Source: Haladaptatus sp. DJG-WS-42
Lineage (GTDB): Archaea; Halobacteriota; Halobacteria; Halobacteriales; Halococcaceae
Assembly (NCBI RefSeq): GCF_037198285.1
Contig: NZ_CP147243.1
Coordinates: forward strand, 1,642,422 to 1,666,421
DNA length: 24,000 nucleotides
Reading direction: 5' to 3'
Every line of letters starts with the position of its first letter. Position 1 is the first letter of the stretch. The notes beneath the pieces were generated by a model. The model had not been told where the DNA came from. It did not search any database and saw nothing but the letters and a program-made list of their open reading frames with translations. Below are positions 16,460-24,000 of the stretch, piece after piece. The translations under genes and the position numbers were made by a program.

Positions 16460-16803
16460 ATCTCACGACTGGGCAGACCGCAGCTAGCCGGACCCAATTT
16501 TGACGGGAGATGTTGTTTTTCGTTCGTGGGTCGAACTTTCTCCCGTCGGGTCCGTTCGATTTTGTGGCGATTCGGAATCACTCGACAGCGCCTCCCCCTT
16601 ATAAATTCTCTCAGAATTCTGAGGGGAGAGTCCGCCACGCAGCATACCGCCTGCGTTTCGCGGGCCTGCTGGCCATCGGTTTGCAGAGAGTATGAGGCGT
16701 CAAAGCTTCATCTCTATTTTGACCCACTCCAGCACAGGTTGTCCGGCCACAACACCCGTGAACCACCCCCCAGTATTTCCAGTTGCTTGACGTCTGTTGC
16801 GGT

Positions 16804-17604
16804 ATGGCAGAAAAGTCAACTGAACAACTCGAATACGAATGTGCGGGTCTGCTCAAAGAATTTGGCTTTACTGAGTACGAAGCGTACACGTTTGTCTACC
16901 TGCTCCGGCTTGGACAGGGGACGGCAAAGGACATCGCAGCGGTGGATAGTGTGCCCCGCACCCGCGTCTACGATGCGGTTGATGTCCTCCACGAGGCCGG
17001 ACTGGTCGATATCCAGTACACAACACCCCGGAAATTCACGGCCGTGTCACGGGAAACGGCACTCCGCAAACTCGAACTCCAGCGCGAGAACACCATCTCG
17101 GAGTTGAGCGAGCTGTTCGACCAACTCACACCTGCTGACCACCGTTCCGAAGAGTTTGGCGTCTGGACGGTCTCGGGTCACGACGCAGTCGCCAGTCGCA
17201 TCTTTGAGTTCATCGACAACGCCGAAGACGAACTCGTCTACATGACCGTCGATTCATTACTCACTGACAAGCACATAGACCAGCTCCGTGCCGCAGAAGC
17301 CCGAGGCGTTGACATCTATCTCGCTGGCATCTCAGAACCCGTCCAAGCCCGTCTCCAAGACGAGATTCCCACAGCGGAACTCTTCGAGACGCTGTGGGCG
17401 TGGGCCGAGATGGGTGCGGGAAGCCTCCTCTTTACGGATAAACAAACCGCACTCGTGAGTGTCCTCGTCGATGGCGATTCCACGGCCGAACCCGACGAAA
17501 CGGCGATTTGGGGAACGGGTGCGCGAAACAGCCTCGTCGTGGTCCTGCGCGCCATCTTCACGTGGCGACTTGGAGACGAGCTGCGCCCCTCCGGTGAGGG
17601 ATAA
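16804..17604 (+). CDS. TrmB-family transcriptional regulator
   Basis: The N-terminal wHTH is typical of TrmB: FGFTEYEAYTFVYLLRLGQGTAKDIAAVDSVPRTRVYDAVDVLHEAGLVDIQYTTPRKFTAV. I prefer the ATG at 16804 (MAEKSTEQ) to the track start at 16783. Confidence 0.8.
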   Translation: MAEKSTEQLEYECAGLLKEFGFTEYEAYTFVYLLRLGQGTAKDIAAVDSVPRTRVYDAVDVLHEAGLVDIQYTTPRKFTAVSRETALRKLELQRENTISELSELFDQLTPADHRSEEFGVWTVSGHDAVASRIFEFIDNAEDELVYMTVDSLLTDKHIDQLRAAEARGVDIYLAGISEPVQARLQDEIPTAELFETLWAWAEMGAGSLLFTDKQTALVSVLVDGDSTAEPDETAIWGTGARNSLVVVLRAIFTWRLGDELRPSGEG

Positions 17605-17919
17605 GAATCGCTCTTGGGTGAGGCACTTGAAGCAATCCAGTCGGTCGAAGACGGTCATGCTCGCGGCAAAGGCGTCATCACTGTTTAGGTGAGAGAAAGT
17701 TGGAAAATCAGCCGTGGTGATGGTGGTTCATTTAACTTCGCGTGAACTCAGCACGGTTTATTCAAGAAGAGCTTTCCTGAGTTTGAGATTCAATCTATGT
17801 TTAACGGAGAGTGACAAATTCACGCAATCTTTTTCTAATTAGAAATTGTCATTTTGTTTGTTGTGCCCTTCTCACCATTTACGCCTATAAAAATCATCCA
17901 AACAGAAATTCACAATTGG

Positions 17920-18522
17920 ATGACGCCAAGAGACGAAGAAGACAGGCTCCATTCTCAACTCCGAGGTGGACAGTACGAGTTTGTTATTGAAAATAATGGT
18001 GTGTCTCAGGAAGTATCACTTTCTATCGAAAATATTGGCTGGCACACTAAGGATACAGTAAAGATTGAACTCCGGGTTCGGAACTATGGATGTCCAACGT
18101 CGATAAAAGAGTGGAAGGAGGACCTCATCTATCTATATATAACAACATATCTTCGTGGGAAGGACAGTGCCAAAGAATTGGCCACGCCTCTTCTTTCGAA
18201 CATAGAAATAGGAGGGTTCAGCAATCAAGATATTCGAATTAGTATGTTTGTGTATACTACTTTCCCATCTGGAATTTGGGATGCCGTTGGACGAATTGCT
18301 AACTTGATTTCTCTGTACCATAGCGACCACTTCCAATATCTAAAACAAATATATCAAGAGAAGGGTGACCAGTACCAAGAAACAAGCGAAGTAATTGATT
18401 TGCAGGATGGTGCAGAACTGGCTCAACATTCAGAAAACCAAACTTATATTCAGGCTTTTGGATATCTCACCGATTATTTTGAATACAAGTTAAATGATGG
18501 AACTGCTGACAAAAATCTATGA
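17920..18522 (+). CDS. Hypothetical protein in a low-GC patch
   Basis: This is the only long ORF in the AT-rich 17690-18535 segment. The track start at 17854 is a non-ATG codon (ttg), and the first ATG is at 17920 (MTPRDEED). I recognised no motifs. Confidence 0.5.
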   Translation: MTPRDEEDRLHSQLRGGQYEFVIENNGVSQEVSLSIENIGWHTKDTVKIELRVRNYGCPTSIKEWKEDLIYLYITTYLRGKDSAKELATPLLSNIEIGGFSNQDIRISMFVYTTFPSGIWDAVGRIANLISLYHSDHFQYLKQIYQEKGDQYQETSEVIDLQDGAELAQHSENQTYIQAFGYLTDYFEYKLNDGTADKNL

Positions 18523-18546
18523 TAGTATCTTTAGGCTCTCTGCTAA

Positions 18547-19158
18547 CTACACCCCAGTCCCAGTCGGCGCGTCGGGCAACTCGTGCGCCGTCGCGTCCAG
18601 CCCCAACTCCTCAAGCGCGGCTTTCATGTGCCGGTCTTCGGCAAAGTCAGAGCCGTCGGCTTCTCGAAGCGCTTGCGTCTTCGCCAGCACCTCACCGCGG
18701 CGGTCGTCGGGGATGTCGTACTTGTCGGTCGAGAGTTCGATGACGAGGCCGTTGTTGTCGTGGGTGTAGAGCGAGAAGAAGATGCCACGGTCGAAGATGT
18801 TGTAGTTCCGGCCGTCATCCTCGATGGCGTCTATCATCTCTTCGAAGCGGTCGGGCGCGATGCGGAAACAGAGGTGGTGGACGGAGCCAACCGCCCCGCG
18901 CTGGCCGTAGGGGTTCGACTCGCGGTCGTCGCTCACGAAGAACGTGATGATGCGGCCGTCGCCGGTGTCGAAAAACAGGTGCGTCTGGGAGGGGTCGTCC
19001 AGATTCGGCTGGCGGAGCACGAGCGGCATGCCGAGCAGGTCACGGTAGAACGCAACCGTGTCTTCCTCGTTGCTCCCCCAGATGGTCATGTGGTCGGTGC
19101 CGGTGGTGTGAATCGGGCTGTCGGGCAGGTCGTCAGTGACGGGTATCTCGTTGTGCAT
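18547..19158 (-). CDS. VOC-family (glyoxalase/bleomycin-resistance/dioxygenase fold) protein
   Basis: Two VOC-like half-domains are visible: HMTIWGSNEEDTVAFYRDLLGMPLV...LFFDTGDGRIITFF and VHHLCFRIAPDRFEEMIDAIEDDG...FFSLYTHDNNGLVIEL. The antisense 195-aa ORF is Val/Arg/Gly-rich, which marks it as a shadow ORF. Confidence 0.75.
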   Translation of the reverse strand: MHNEIPVTDDLPDSPIHTTGTDHMTIWGSNEEDTVAFYRDLLGMPLVLRQPNLDDPSQTHLFFDTGDGRIITFFVSDDRESNPYGQRGAVGSVHHLCFRIAPDRFEEMIDAIEDDGRNYNIFDRGIFFSLYTHDNNGLVIELSTDKYDIPDDRRGEVLAKTQALREADGSDFAEDRHMKAALEELGLDATAHELPDAPTGTGV

Positions 19159-19185
19159 GGTGTTGGTTGAATCGGGTTCTCGGAC

Positions 19186-19929
19186 TCAGTCGACAAACGG
19201 GCCGCGCTGGTGGATGGGTTCGCCGTGTGGCTGTCCAGAAATGGCCGCGACGCGAAGGTCGTCGTCGCTCGAAAACGTCGTTGTACCGCCGTTTTGGACA
19301 ACATAGTCGCCTTCTGCGAATGCGTGGCCGTCCGCGCTTCCGGTTCCGGAAATGGCGTAGCACACGCCGTGCCAGCCGTCGGGGACGCGCCACTCCCACT
19401 CGTCGGAAATGTTCACATCACGACACTCGACGTCGGTTTCGAGGGTAATCGGTGACCCCTCGCCAACGACGGTTGTGACGGTCGCACCGTCCACTTGCTC
19501 GACTGGTAACTCGGCGGCCGTCGCGTCCTGATAGGAGGGGTCGATTCCCTTCTTTTCACGCGGGAGGTTCACCCAGAGTTGCAGGCCGTTGCACGCCGCA
19601 CCGTCTGCGGGAAGCTCCGAGTGCTGGATGCCACTCCCGGTCGTAATTCGCATCACGTCGCCGTCGCGAGCGGTGTGGGACTCGCCGAGCGAGTCGTCGT
19701 GGCGCATCCCGCCCGCGAGCATGTAGGAGACGATTTCGAACCCGCGGTGTGGATGGGTGGTGAAGCCCTGCGTCGGGTCGATGTAAAACCGCTCGAACAC
19801 GACGAATGGGTCGAGATGAGTGAGCCGCGGCGTTGGCATCACACGGTTGCCGCGCATCCCGCCCGGATGCGTGATATCCGTCGCCTGTTCAGGCGTGGGT
19901 TGTGGCGCGGGTGAGTCGTTCGAGGTCAT
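19186..19929 (-). CDS. Pirin-family protein
   Basis: It carries the pirin cupin signature HPHRGFEIVSYMLAGGMRHDDSLG...GIQHSE. Confidence 0.9.
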   Translation of the reverse strand: MTSNDSPAPQPTPEQATDITHPGGMRGNRVMPTPRLTHLDPFVVFERFYIDPTQGFTTHPHRGFEIVSYMLAGGMRHDDSLGESHTARDGDVMRITTGSGIQHSELPADGAACNGLQLWVNLPREKKGIDPSYQDATAAELPVEQVDGATVTTVVGEGSPITLETDVECRDVNISDEWEWRVPDGWHGVCYAISGTGSADGHAFAEGDYVVQNGGTTTFSSDDDLRVAAISGQPHGEPIHQRGPFVD

Positions 19930-20009
19930 GGCCTATCCTCGTGTCGTGGTGACACGTTTCGTCTAAATGTACACGAGACAGGCTAATAAGGCCGGTAGTA
20001 ACACCGAAG

Positions 20010-20345
20010 TCAGTAGGTGTCGTTGCCGTCAGGGCCGACGCGAATTGGGTCGTCGCCAGCGTGTTCGAGGACGACGTCGTGGCGCGCGTGACGGACGTGG
20101 GTTTCGGCCCATCGCCGCGCCGGGCCTTCTGACAGGAACTGTTCGCCGTCGGGACACTGGCGGCAATCAGCTATCCACGGCGTCACCGCGTCGGGGAAGT
20201 GGCCGGTGTGGCGCATGTGGTCTAAGGCGAACTGTTCGAACGATTGGTTTCCCACCCCAAGATTATCGAGTTCGTACGAAAGGCTCCACTCACGGTCACA
20301 CCGCGAGCAGGTAATCGTTGGCGTGTCGTCTACAGGCTCGGTCAC
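20010..20345 (-). CDS. Small hypothetical protein with two CxxC / His-rich motifs (possible zinc-binding)
   Basis: It contains CSRCDREW...HMRHTGH and CRQCPDGE...HVRHARH. Its composition is balanced and acidic, whereas the opposite-strand 115-aa ORF is Arg-rich. Confidence 0.55.
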   Translation of the reverse strand: MTEPVDDTPTITCSRCDREWSLSYELDNLGVGNQSFEQFALDHMRHTGHFPDAVTPWIADCRQCPDGEQFLSEGPARRWAETHVRHARHDVVLEHAGDDPIRVGPDGNDTY

Positions 20346-20388
20346 GACTCGAGATACGCGGTGCGCCCACTTCTAAGTGAACTTCTTC

Positions 20389-20637
20389 CTACTCGATGGC
20401 GCGTTTTGCACCGTCCGAGTCCCCATCCCCACCACCACGAATCTGTTCGTCCCACTCCTCGAACATGCCGTAGTCGGTCATCGCTTCCATCCCCGCGAGC
20501 GCCGCAGAGAGTTTGATGCCGACGAGCGGCACGTCGGCTACCGAGAGCACGAGGTCTGCTTGCACGACGGCTCCCTCGCGGAGAATCACGTCGACAAAAT
20601 CCACGATTGCGTCCTCCTCTCCGTTGCTCGGTTTCAT
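20389..20637 (-). CDS. gvpM: Gas vesicle protein GvpM (GvpA/J/M family)
   Basis: MKPSNGEEDAIVDFVDVILREGAVVQADLVLSVADVPLVGIKLSAALAGMEAM shows the GvpA-family core. It is the last gene of the operon. The ATG at 20637 overlaps the gvpL stop (ATGA). Confidence 0.8.
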   Translation of the reverse strand: MKPSNGEEDAIVDFVDVILREGAVVQADLVLSVADVPLVGIKLSAALAGMEAMTDYGMFEEWDEQIRGGGDGDSDGAKRAIE

Positions 20638-21413
20638 TCGAGAACGCCCTCTGAGACGTGGGTGTACGGCGGCCACGGTCCAGTGTACCTGACTTCAACG
20701 CCCTCCTTGGCGGCCACGTCGTCCAGTTCGTCGCCGATTGCATCTGCCCCCTGCTCGGTTGCGAGCGCGGAGATTCGCGCGACAACCTCACCGTCGTCCG
20801 AACGCTCACTCAGTTGCACCGACTGTTCACCGAGCGACTCGATGGCTTTCGCGTGGGGCTGCACCCGCGATTCGAGTGCGTCCTGCTCGGCCGCCTTTCG
20901 CTCGCGGGCGAGTTCGGAAAGCCGTTGTTCGTACTGCTTTTCGACGAGAAATTGCTTTCCAGGCGGGGCGTCTTCGAGGGTCGTTTTGAGTTCCCTGAGT
21001 CGGTCGTCTCCTGCACTTTCAGCCGGGCGGTCGTCGGTCCAAATGACTTCGATGCGATACTCCCAGTGACCCGTAAGGCGGTCGAGTTGGGTCGCAATCG
21101 AGTCGCGCGACTCTCGAAGCCACGCCCGCACTGCATCGTCACCGCCCTCGAACACGGTGTTGAAGCGAAACGGGAGCGGCGTCCCGAACGCCTCGCCTAC
21201 CTCGTCTACGATGGCGAGATGGTCAACGAGTAATCGCTGGATGTCCGTCCCGTCGGCTGACTCGAACGCGGCGTCCTGTGGCTGGACGAGCGCCCCAAGG
21301 TTCCGGTCGCACACGAGATACGCGTCGGTTCCATCGAGCCCAATCGTCTGATAGCTGTCGGGGCCGTCTGCGAGCGAGACGGCACAGAACACGTACCGTC
21401 GCCCGTCGCTCAT
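20634..21413 (-). CDS. gvpL: Gas vesicle protein GvpL (GvpF/L family)
   Basis: The N-terminus RYVFCAVSLADG...DAYLVCDRNLGALV and the C-terminus VEVRYTGPWPPY are typical of GvpF/L. It sits between gvpK and gvpM. Confidence 0.75.
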   Translation of the reverse strand: MSDGRRYVFCAVSLADGPDSYQTIGLDGTDAYLVCDRNLGALVQPQDAAFESADGTDIQRLLVDHLAIVDEVGEAFGTPLPFRFNTVFEGGDDAVRAWLRESRDSIATQLDRLTGHWEYRIEVIWTDDRPAESAGDDRLRELKTTLEDAPPGKQFLVEKQYEQRLSELARERKAAEQDALESRVQPHAKAIESLGEQSVQLSERSDDGEVVARISALATEQGADAIGDELDDVAAKEGVEVRYTGPWPPYTHVSEGVLE

Positions 21414-21715
21414 CTCGTCCCTCCAAGCCCAGCGGCGTCGTCCGGCAGTTCGAGGGCGTTCTCGATGAGGCCATTCAGGTCGCCGCGCAGGCGCGTCACG
21501 TCGTCTTCGATTCCCTCGTCGCGCTTGAACCGCTCGAGTTCGGCTTCGAGCGTGGCAAGCCGCTGCCCGAGTCGTTCTATTTCCGTCTCAGAGAGCGTTT
21601 CAGACTCCATCCGGCGGATGGCTTCGCGCTCCATCACTTCGAGCAACACGTCCGCGATGGCGGCGACGAGCGTGACGAGGCCGTTGTCCGCACCGTCTAC
21701 CTCAATCGTCGTCAT
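21410..21715 (-). CDS. gvpK: Gas vesicle protein GvpK
   Basis: GLVTLVAAIADVLLEVMEREAIRRMESETLSETEIERLGQRL matches the conserved GvpK core. It has an ATGA overlap with gvpL. Confidence 0.8.
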   Translation of the reverse strand: MTTIEVDGADNGLVTLVAAIADVLLEVMEREAIRRMESETLSETEIERLGQRLATLEAELERFKRDEGIEDDVTRLRGDLNGLIENALELPDDAAGLGGTR

Positions 21716-22004
21716 CGGTGTCTCCTTTGACGGTCATCGCGCTCGTGTCGATTGGCTCGGTGTCGAGCGCGGGCCTCCCGGAGGCTTCCGCTACCCGCTC
21801 CATGTCCGTCCCGCTCGGAAATTCGAGACCGTACTGGGCGGCCGTCTCAAAAGAGGCGATGGCTGCCCGGATGCGGATGTCGAGCAGTTCCGTGTCACCG
21901 ACCGACACCGCGATGTCGGCGTTGATGACGACGCCCTTGTCGAGCAGCATCTCGACCATGTCCGCGAGGTTGCCTTGCTGGCGAGAGGGGCGGGCGCTAT
22001 CCAT
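21702..22004 (-). CDS. gvpJ: Gas vesicle protein GvpJ (GvpA/J/M family)
   Basis: NLADMVEMLLDKGVVINADIAVSVGDTELLDIRIRAAIASFETAAQYGL shows the GvpA-like core with an acidic tail. It overlaps gvpK by 14 nt and gvpH by 8 nt. Confidence 0.8.
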   Translation of the reverse strand: MDSARPSRQQGNLADMVEMLLDKGVVINADIAVSVGDTELLDIRIRAAIASFETAAQYGLEFPSGTDMERVAEASGRPALDTEPIDTSAMTVKGDTDDDD

Positions 22005-22740
22005 CGCCTTCCTCTTCGAATCGACTCCCGTAGATGCGCGGTCGGTTCGGCGCAGTCGAGTACTTGGTTTCTTCCGGAACCGTCGAACCGCGAAGCCCCA
22101 GCACCGACCCGGAGTTCCGAGACGGGACCGTCGAAACGGCGGTTGGACTCCGCGACGACGGCTGGCGCGAATCCGGCGTCGTCCGCTCCACGTTCGTGTC
22201 GTGGAGTGCTTTCAGCCGTGCTCTCGCCTTCAGCAACTCCTCGCGGAACTCGTCTACGGCCTTGCTCGCTTTCTTCTGGACGGCGAGTTGGCTGAACTGG
22301 TCTAGGTCGTCCGGTTCGTCTACGGCTTCGTCGCTCACGTCGGGCGGCTCTACGTCCCGCTCGTCCTCTCCTTTGAGCGCCGCGACCATCCGGCGGGCGT
22401 GTCGCCACGCACCACGCACGTCCATCGCGTTTCTCGCCGCGTCCGCATCGACTGCTTCCGGCACGTCATCAACGTCGAGCACGTCCGCCACGTCGCGTTC
22501 GGTAATCACGTCGTTCAAATCGGCATCGTCGAGGGCGTCCGGTACCTCGGAAATGTTGATGGCCTGTGCCAGTTGCGTCACGTTGATTTCGTCGGCCATT
22601 GACGTCGCTTCGTCTCCTGCCTCGCGGAGGCGTTCTACCTCCGCTGGCGTGTGGTCTGAAACCGTGTCGGTGACCGTCTCTGCGACGTCTTCTGCGGTCT
22701 CTCTTGCCGTGTCGAGCGTGTCGCCAATATCTGGGTCCAT
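21997..22740 (-). CDS. gvpH: Probable GvpH (assigned by position), very acidic, 247 aa
   Basis: It lies between gvpG and gvpJ, where gvpH lies in characterised vac regions. Its start overlaps the gvpG stop by 1 nt. I did not recognise diagnostic motifs. Confidence 0.5.
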   Translation of the reverse strand: MDPDIGDTLDTARETAEDVAETVTDTVSDHTPAEVERLREAGDEATSMADEINVTQLAQAINISEVPDALDDADLNDVITERDVADVLDVDDVPEAVDADAARNAMDVRGAWRHARRMVAALKGEDERDVEPPDVSDEAVDEPDDLDQFSQLAVQKKASKAVDEFREELLKARARLKALHDTNVERTTPDSRQPSSRSPTAVSTVPSRNSGSVLGLRGSTVPEETKYSTAPNRPRIYGSRFEEEGDG

Positions 22741-22991
22741 TATCGTTTCACCTCCACCCGCCCGCCGAGGCGTTCGTGGGCGCGTTTTGCACGCTCAAGT
22801 TCGGCTTCGAGTGCGTCTTTTCGTGCCTCGTACTCCGCCTGCTGTAGGTCGCCAAGTTCGTAGAGCAATCGCGCTTCTTTGAGTTGGTCGCGGATGGCGT
22901 CAGTGTCGTACAACTCGGTGAGTGCGACCGTGTGGATAGCATTGAGGATGGAGACCAACGGGCGAAACAGCAGGTCATCGACCAGCAACAT
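22740..22991 (-). CDS. gvpG: Gas vesicle protein GvpG
   Basis: The sequence is MLLVDDLLFRPLVSILNAIHTVALTELYD...IRDQLKEARLLYELGDLQQAEYEARKDALEAELERAK. The hydrophobic N-terminus plus coiled-coil is typical of GvpG. I chose the internal ATG at 22991, which overlaps the gvpF 3' end by 17 nt. Confidence 0.8.
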   Translation of the reverse strand: MLLVDDLLFRPLVSILNAIHTVALTELYDTDAIRDQLKEARLLYELGDLQQAEYEARKDALEAELERAKRAHERLGGRVEVKR

Positions 22992-23619
22992 TGCTCCGTT
23001 CCCCACTGATTTCGATGTCCACGAAGTTGTACGGTGCCCACGGACCCGTGTACTGCACCCGGAAGTCGGGGTACTCGGCTTCGATTTCTTCGACCACGGT
23101 ATCGAAGGCATCGCGGTTCTCGATGGCGACGAGATACGACTTGTTCAACACCAAGAGGTCACTGAAGTAGTCGCCGTCTGCGGCCTGTTCTGCCACGTCA
23201 TCGAGGCGGGCCACAACGTCCTTGTGGATGACCTCGGTGTCCATCTCCGCGTCCGGTTTTGCGACGAGTTTCACGCCGAGTTCTACCTTCCCTTCGGTGT
23301 CGCGCAGCGCCTTGGTGAACGCTCTACGCCCGCCACGGAGGATGTTCTTCACGCCACGGGCAGAGTCGAACACCATTCCAAACCGCATCGGAACGACGGT
23401 CGTGCCACCATCTAACTGCATCACGGCCTGCAAAACGTCGTCGTGTGCGCGTGCGTTCTCGTCAGTTTCCTCCGGCTGTTCGGTGTCGATATCGGAGACG
23501 ACCGCAGAGAACGGTGGATAGTCAATCGTCTTGATTTCTGTTGCCCCCTCGACCCCCGTCACGGTGACGTCGAGTGTCGTTTCGTTCAGGACGCCGTACA
23601 CGTAGTAGCTGTTCGTCAT
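22975..23619 (-). CDS. gvpF: Gas vesicle protein GvpF (GvpF/L family)
   Basis: From the ATG at 23619 the sequence is MTNSYYVYGVLNE...IDYPPFSAVVSDID...HDDVLQAVMQ...VVPMRFGMVF...FRVQYTGPWAPYNF. The track start at 23703 would add 28 poorly fitting residues. Confidence 0.8.
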   Translation of the reverse strand: MTNSYYVYGVLNETTLDVTVTGVEGATEIKTIDYPPFSAVVSDIDTEQPEETDENARAHDDVLQAVMQLDGGTTVVPMRFGMVFDSARGVKNILRGGRRAFTKALRDTEGKVELGVKLVAKPDAEMDTEVIHKDVVARLDDVAEQAADGDYFSDLLVLNKSYLVAIENRDAFDTVVEEIEAEYPDFRVQYTGPWAPYNFVDIEISGERSNVAGR

Positions 23620-23769
23620 CGCCTCTGTGCCCACCTCTGGTCGCTCTGGCGGTTCATTCTCTCGTACCCATTCACCACACCACCTTCTAATAGTGACGGC
23701 CAAACAGTTTGGAAAAATTAAGCGTCGGCATCAACGAATAAAGCCCTGCATGAGAGACGTACACAGGCA
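23620..23769. promoter_or_regulatory. Divergent gvpF / gvpA promoter region
   Basis: This is a 150-bp spacer between divergent gvpF and gvpA. A/T-rich TATA-like elements are GAAAAATTAAG (about 23712-23722) and GAATAAAG (about 23736-23743), upstream of the gvpA ATG at 23770. No transcript starts can be derived from the sequence alone. Confidence 0.4.
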
Positions 23770-24000
23770 ATGGCAGGTTCCCAACCAGACACCTCCAGTC
23801 TCGCAGACGTACTCGATCGCATCCTCGACAAAGGCGTCGTCATCGACGTGTTCGCACGCCTGTCGGTCGTCGGGATCGAACTGCTCACGGTGGAAGCGCG
23901 CGTCGTCGCCGCCTCGGTCGACACGTTCCTCAAGTACGCCACCGAGATGAGCAGGCTAGAGCAAGTAACGCAATCAGGGGACTTAGAGGACATCCGAGAG
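23770..24000 (+). CDS. gvpA: Major gas vesicle structural protein GvpA (3' end cut by the window edge)
   Basis: Hand translation gives [60 protein letters not shown]... This closely matches the canonical haloarchaeal GvpA core. It is absent from the ORF track because no stop falls inside the window. Confidence 0.9.
   Translation, partial: MAGSQPDTSSLADVLDRILDKGVVIDVFARLSVVGIELLTVEARVVAASVDTFLKYATEMSRLEQVTQSGDLEDIRE

Noticed and set aside
15668-17107. ORFs overlapping or antisense to the integrase, and the 240-aa ORF 16385-17107
   Set aside because: The integrase frame has complete catalytic motifs. The 240-aa ORF runs through the intergenic spacer into the TrmB-family gene in another frame and is Arg/Ser/Cys-rich.
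17605-17700. Minus-strand ORF 17332-17658 (108 aa), starting downstream of the TrmB-family gene, as a possible gene remnant
   Set aside because: Most of it is antisense to the TrmB-family gene and has no recognisable motif. It cannot be distinguished from a chance ORF.
18583-19170. 195-aa plus-strand ORF opposite the VOC gene
   Set aside because: It is rich in Val/Arg/Gly/Ala, typical of a shadow frame in GC-rich DNA. The minus-strand product has recognisable VOC motifs and an acidic composition.
21791-22408. 205-aa very basic, Arg-rich minus-strand ORF that might be mistaken for the missing basic GvpI
   Set aside because: It lies entirely inside gvpH/gvpJ in another frame. Its composition (RRGRAGRRAARRERRSRRR) is what off-frame translation of GC-rich acidic genes produces. 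There is no independent start context.
20377-22882. Long plus-strand ORFs (230, 191, 150, 276, 195 and 282 aa) across the gvp operon
   Set aside because: All are antisense to genes with clear Gvp family motifs. They are Ser/Arg/Ala-rich with no motifs, so I treat them as GC-rich shadow ORFs.
1-24000. Search for CRISPR arrays, tRNA/rRNA genes, IS elements and a PglX-type or other DNA methyltransferase
   Set aside because: I saw no regularly spaced direct repeats and no tRNA-like cloverleaf sequence next to the integrase. I saw no transposase-like ORF or terminal inverted repeats, and no ORF with SAM-binding or (N/D)PPY motifs. Absence by eye is not proof, so tRNAscan/Infernal and a repeat finder should confirm it.

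Overview
This window looks haloarchaeal: the predicted proteins are acidic, and it carries a gvp gas-vesicle cluster, a TrmB-type regulator and a tyrosine integrase. It has two compositional parts. By eye on sampled lines, about 1-15300 plus a patch at about 17690-18535 is AT-rich (roughly 35-50% G+C), and the rest is roughly 60% or more.

The AT-rich part holds two tightly packed, divergently transcribed operons separated by a 448-bp spacer.
- Minus-strand operon: PglZ-domain protein, then a 255-aa protein, a 104-aa protein, a 1286-aa P-loop NTPase and a HerA/DUF87-like ATPase that runs off the window. All junctions have overlapping start and stop codons. No methyltransferase is visible.
- Plus-strand operon: a TGT-fold enzyme fused to an ArcS-type domain (exact PC-X3-KPY-X2-S-X2-H signature), a small stand-alone paralog of that domain, a second compact TGT/DpdA-like enzyme with an intact CxCxxC-X25-H zinc site, and a GHKL ATPase. 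A PD-(D/E)xK nuclease-like gene converges on it with a 2-bp gap.

My main hypothesis is that this is a previously undescribed archaeal defence island. In it, 7-deazaguanine-type DNA modification would be paired with BREX/Pbe-like PglZ plus ATPase components and/or a GHKL-nuclease restriction module.

The GC-rich part carries the integrase, a TrmB-family regulator, a VOC/glyoxalase-fold protein, a pirin, a small Cys/His protein and a compact gvpFGHJKLM operon. That operon is divergent from a 3'-truncated gvpA and has no gvpD, gvpE or gvpI in the window.

All calls rest on motif recognition and gene context. No homology search was run. I recognised no rRNA, tRNA or CRISPR array.
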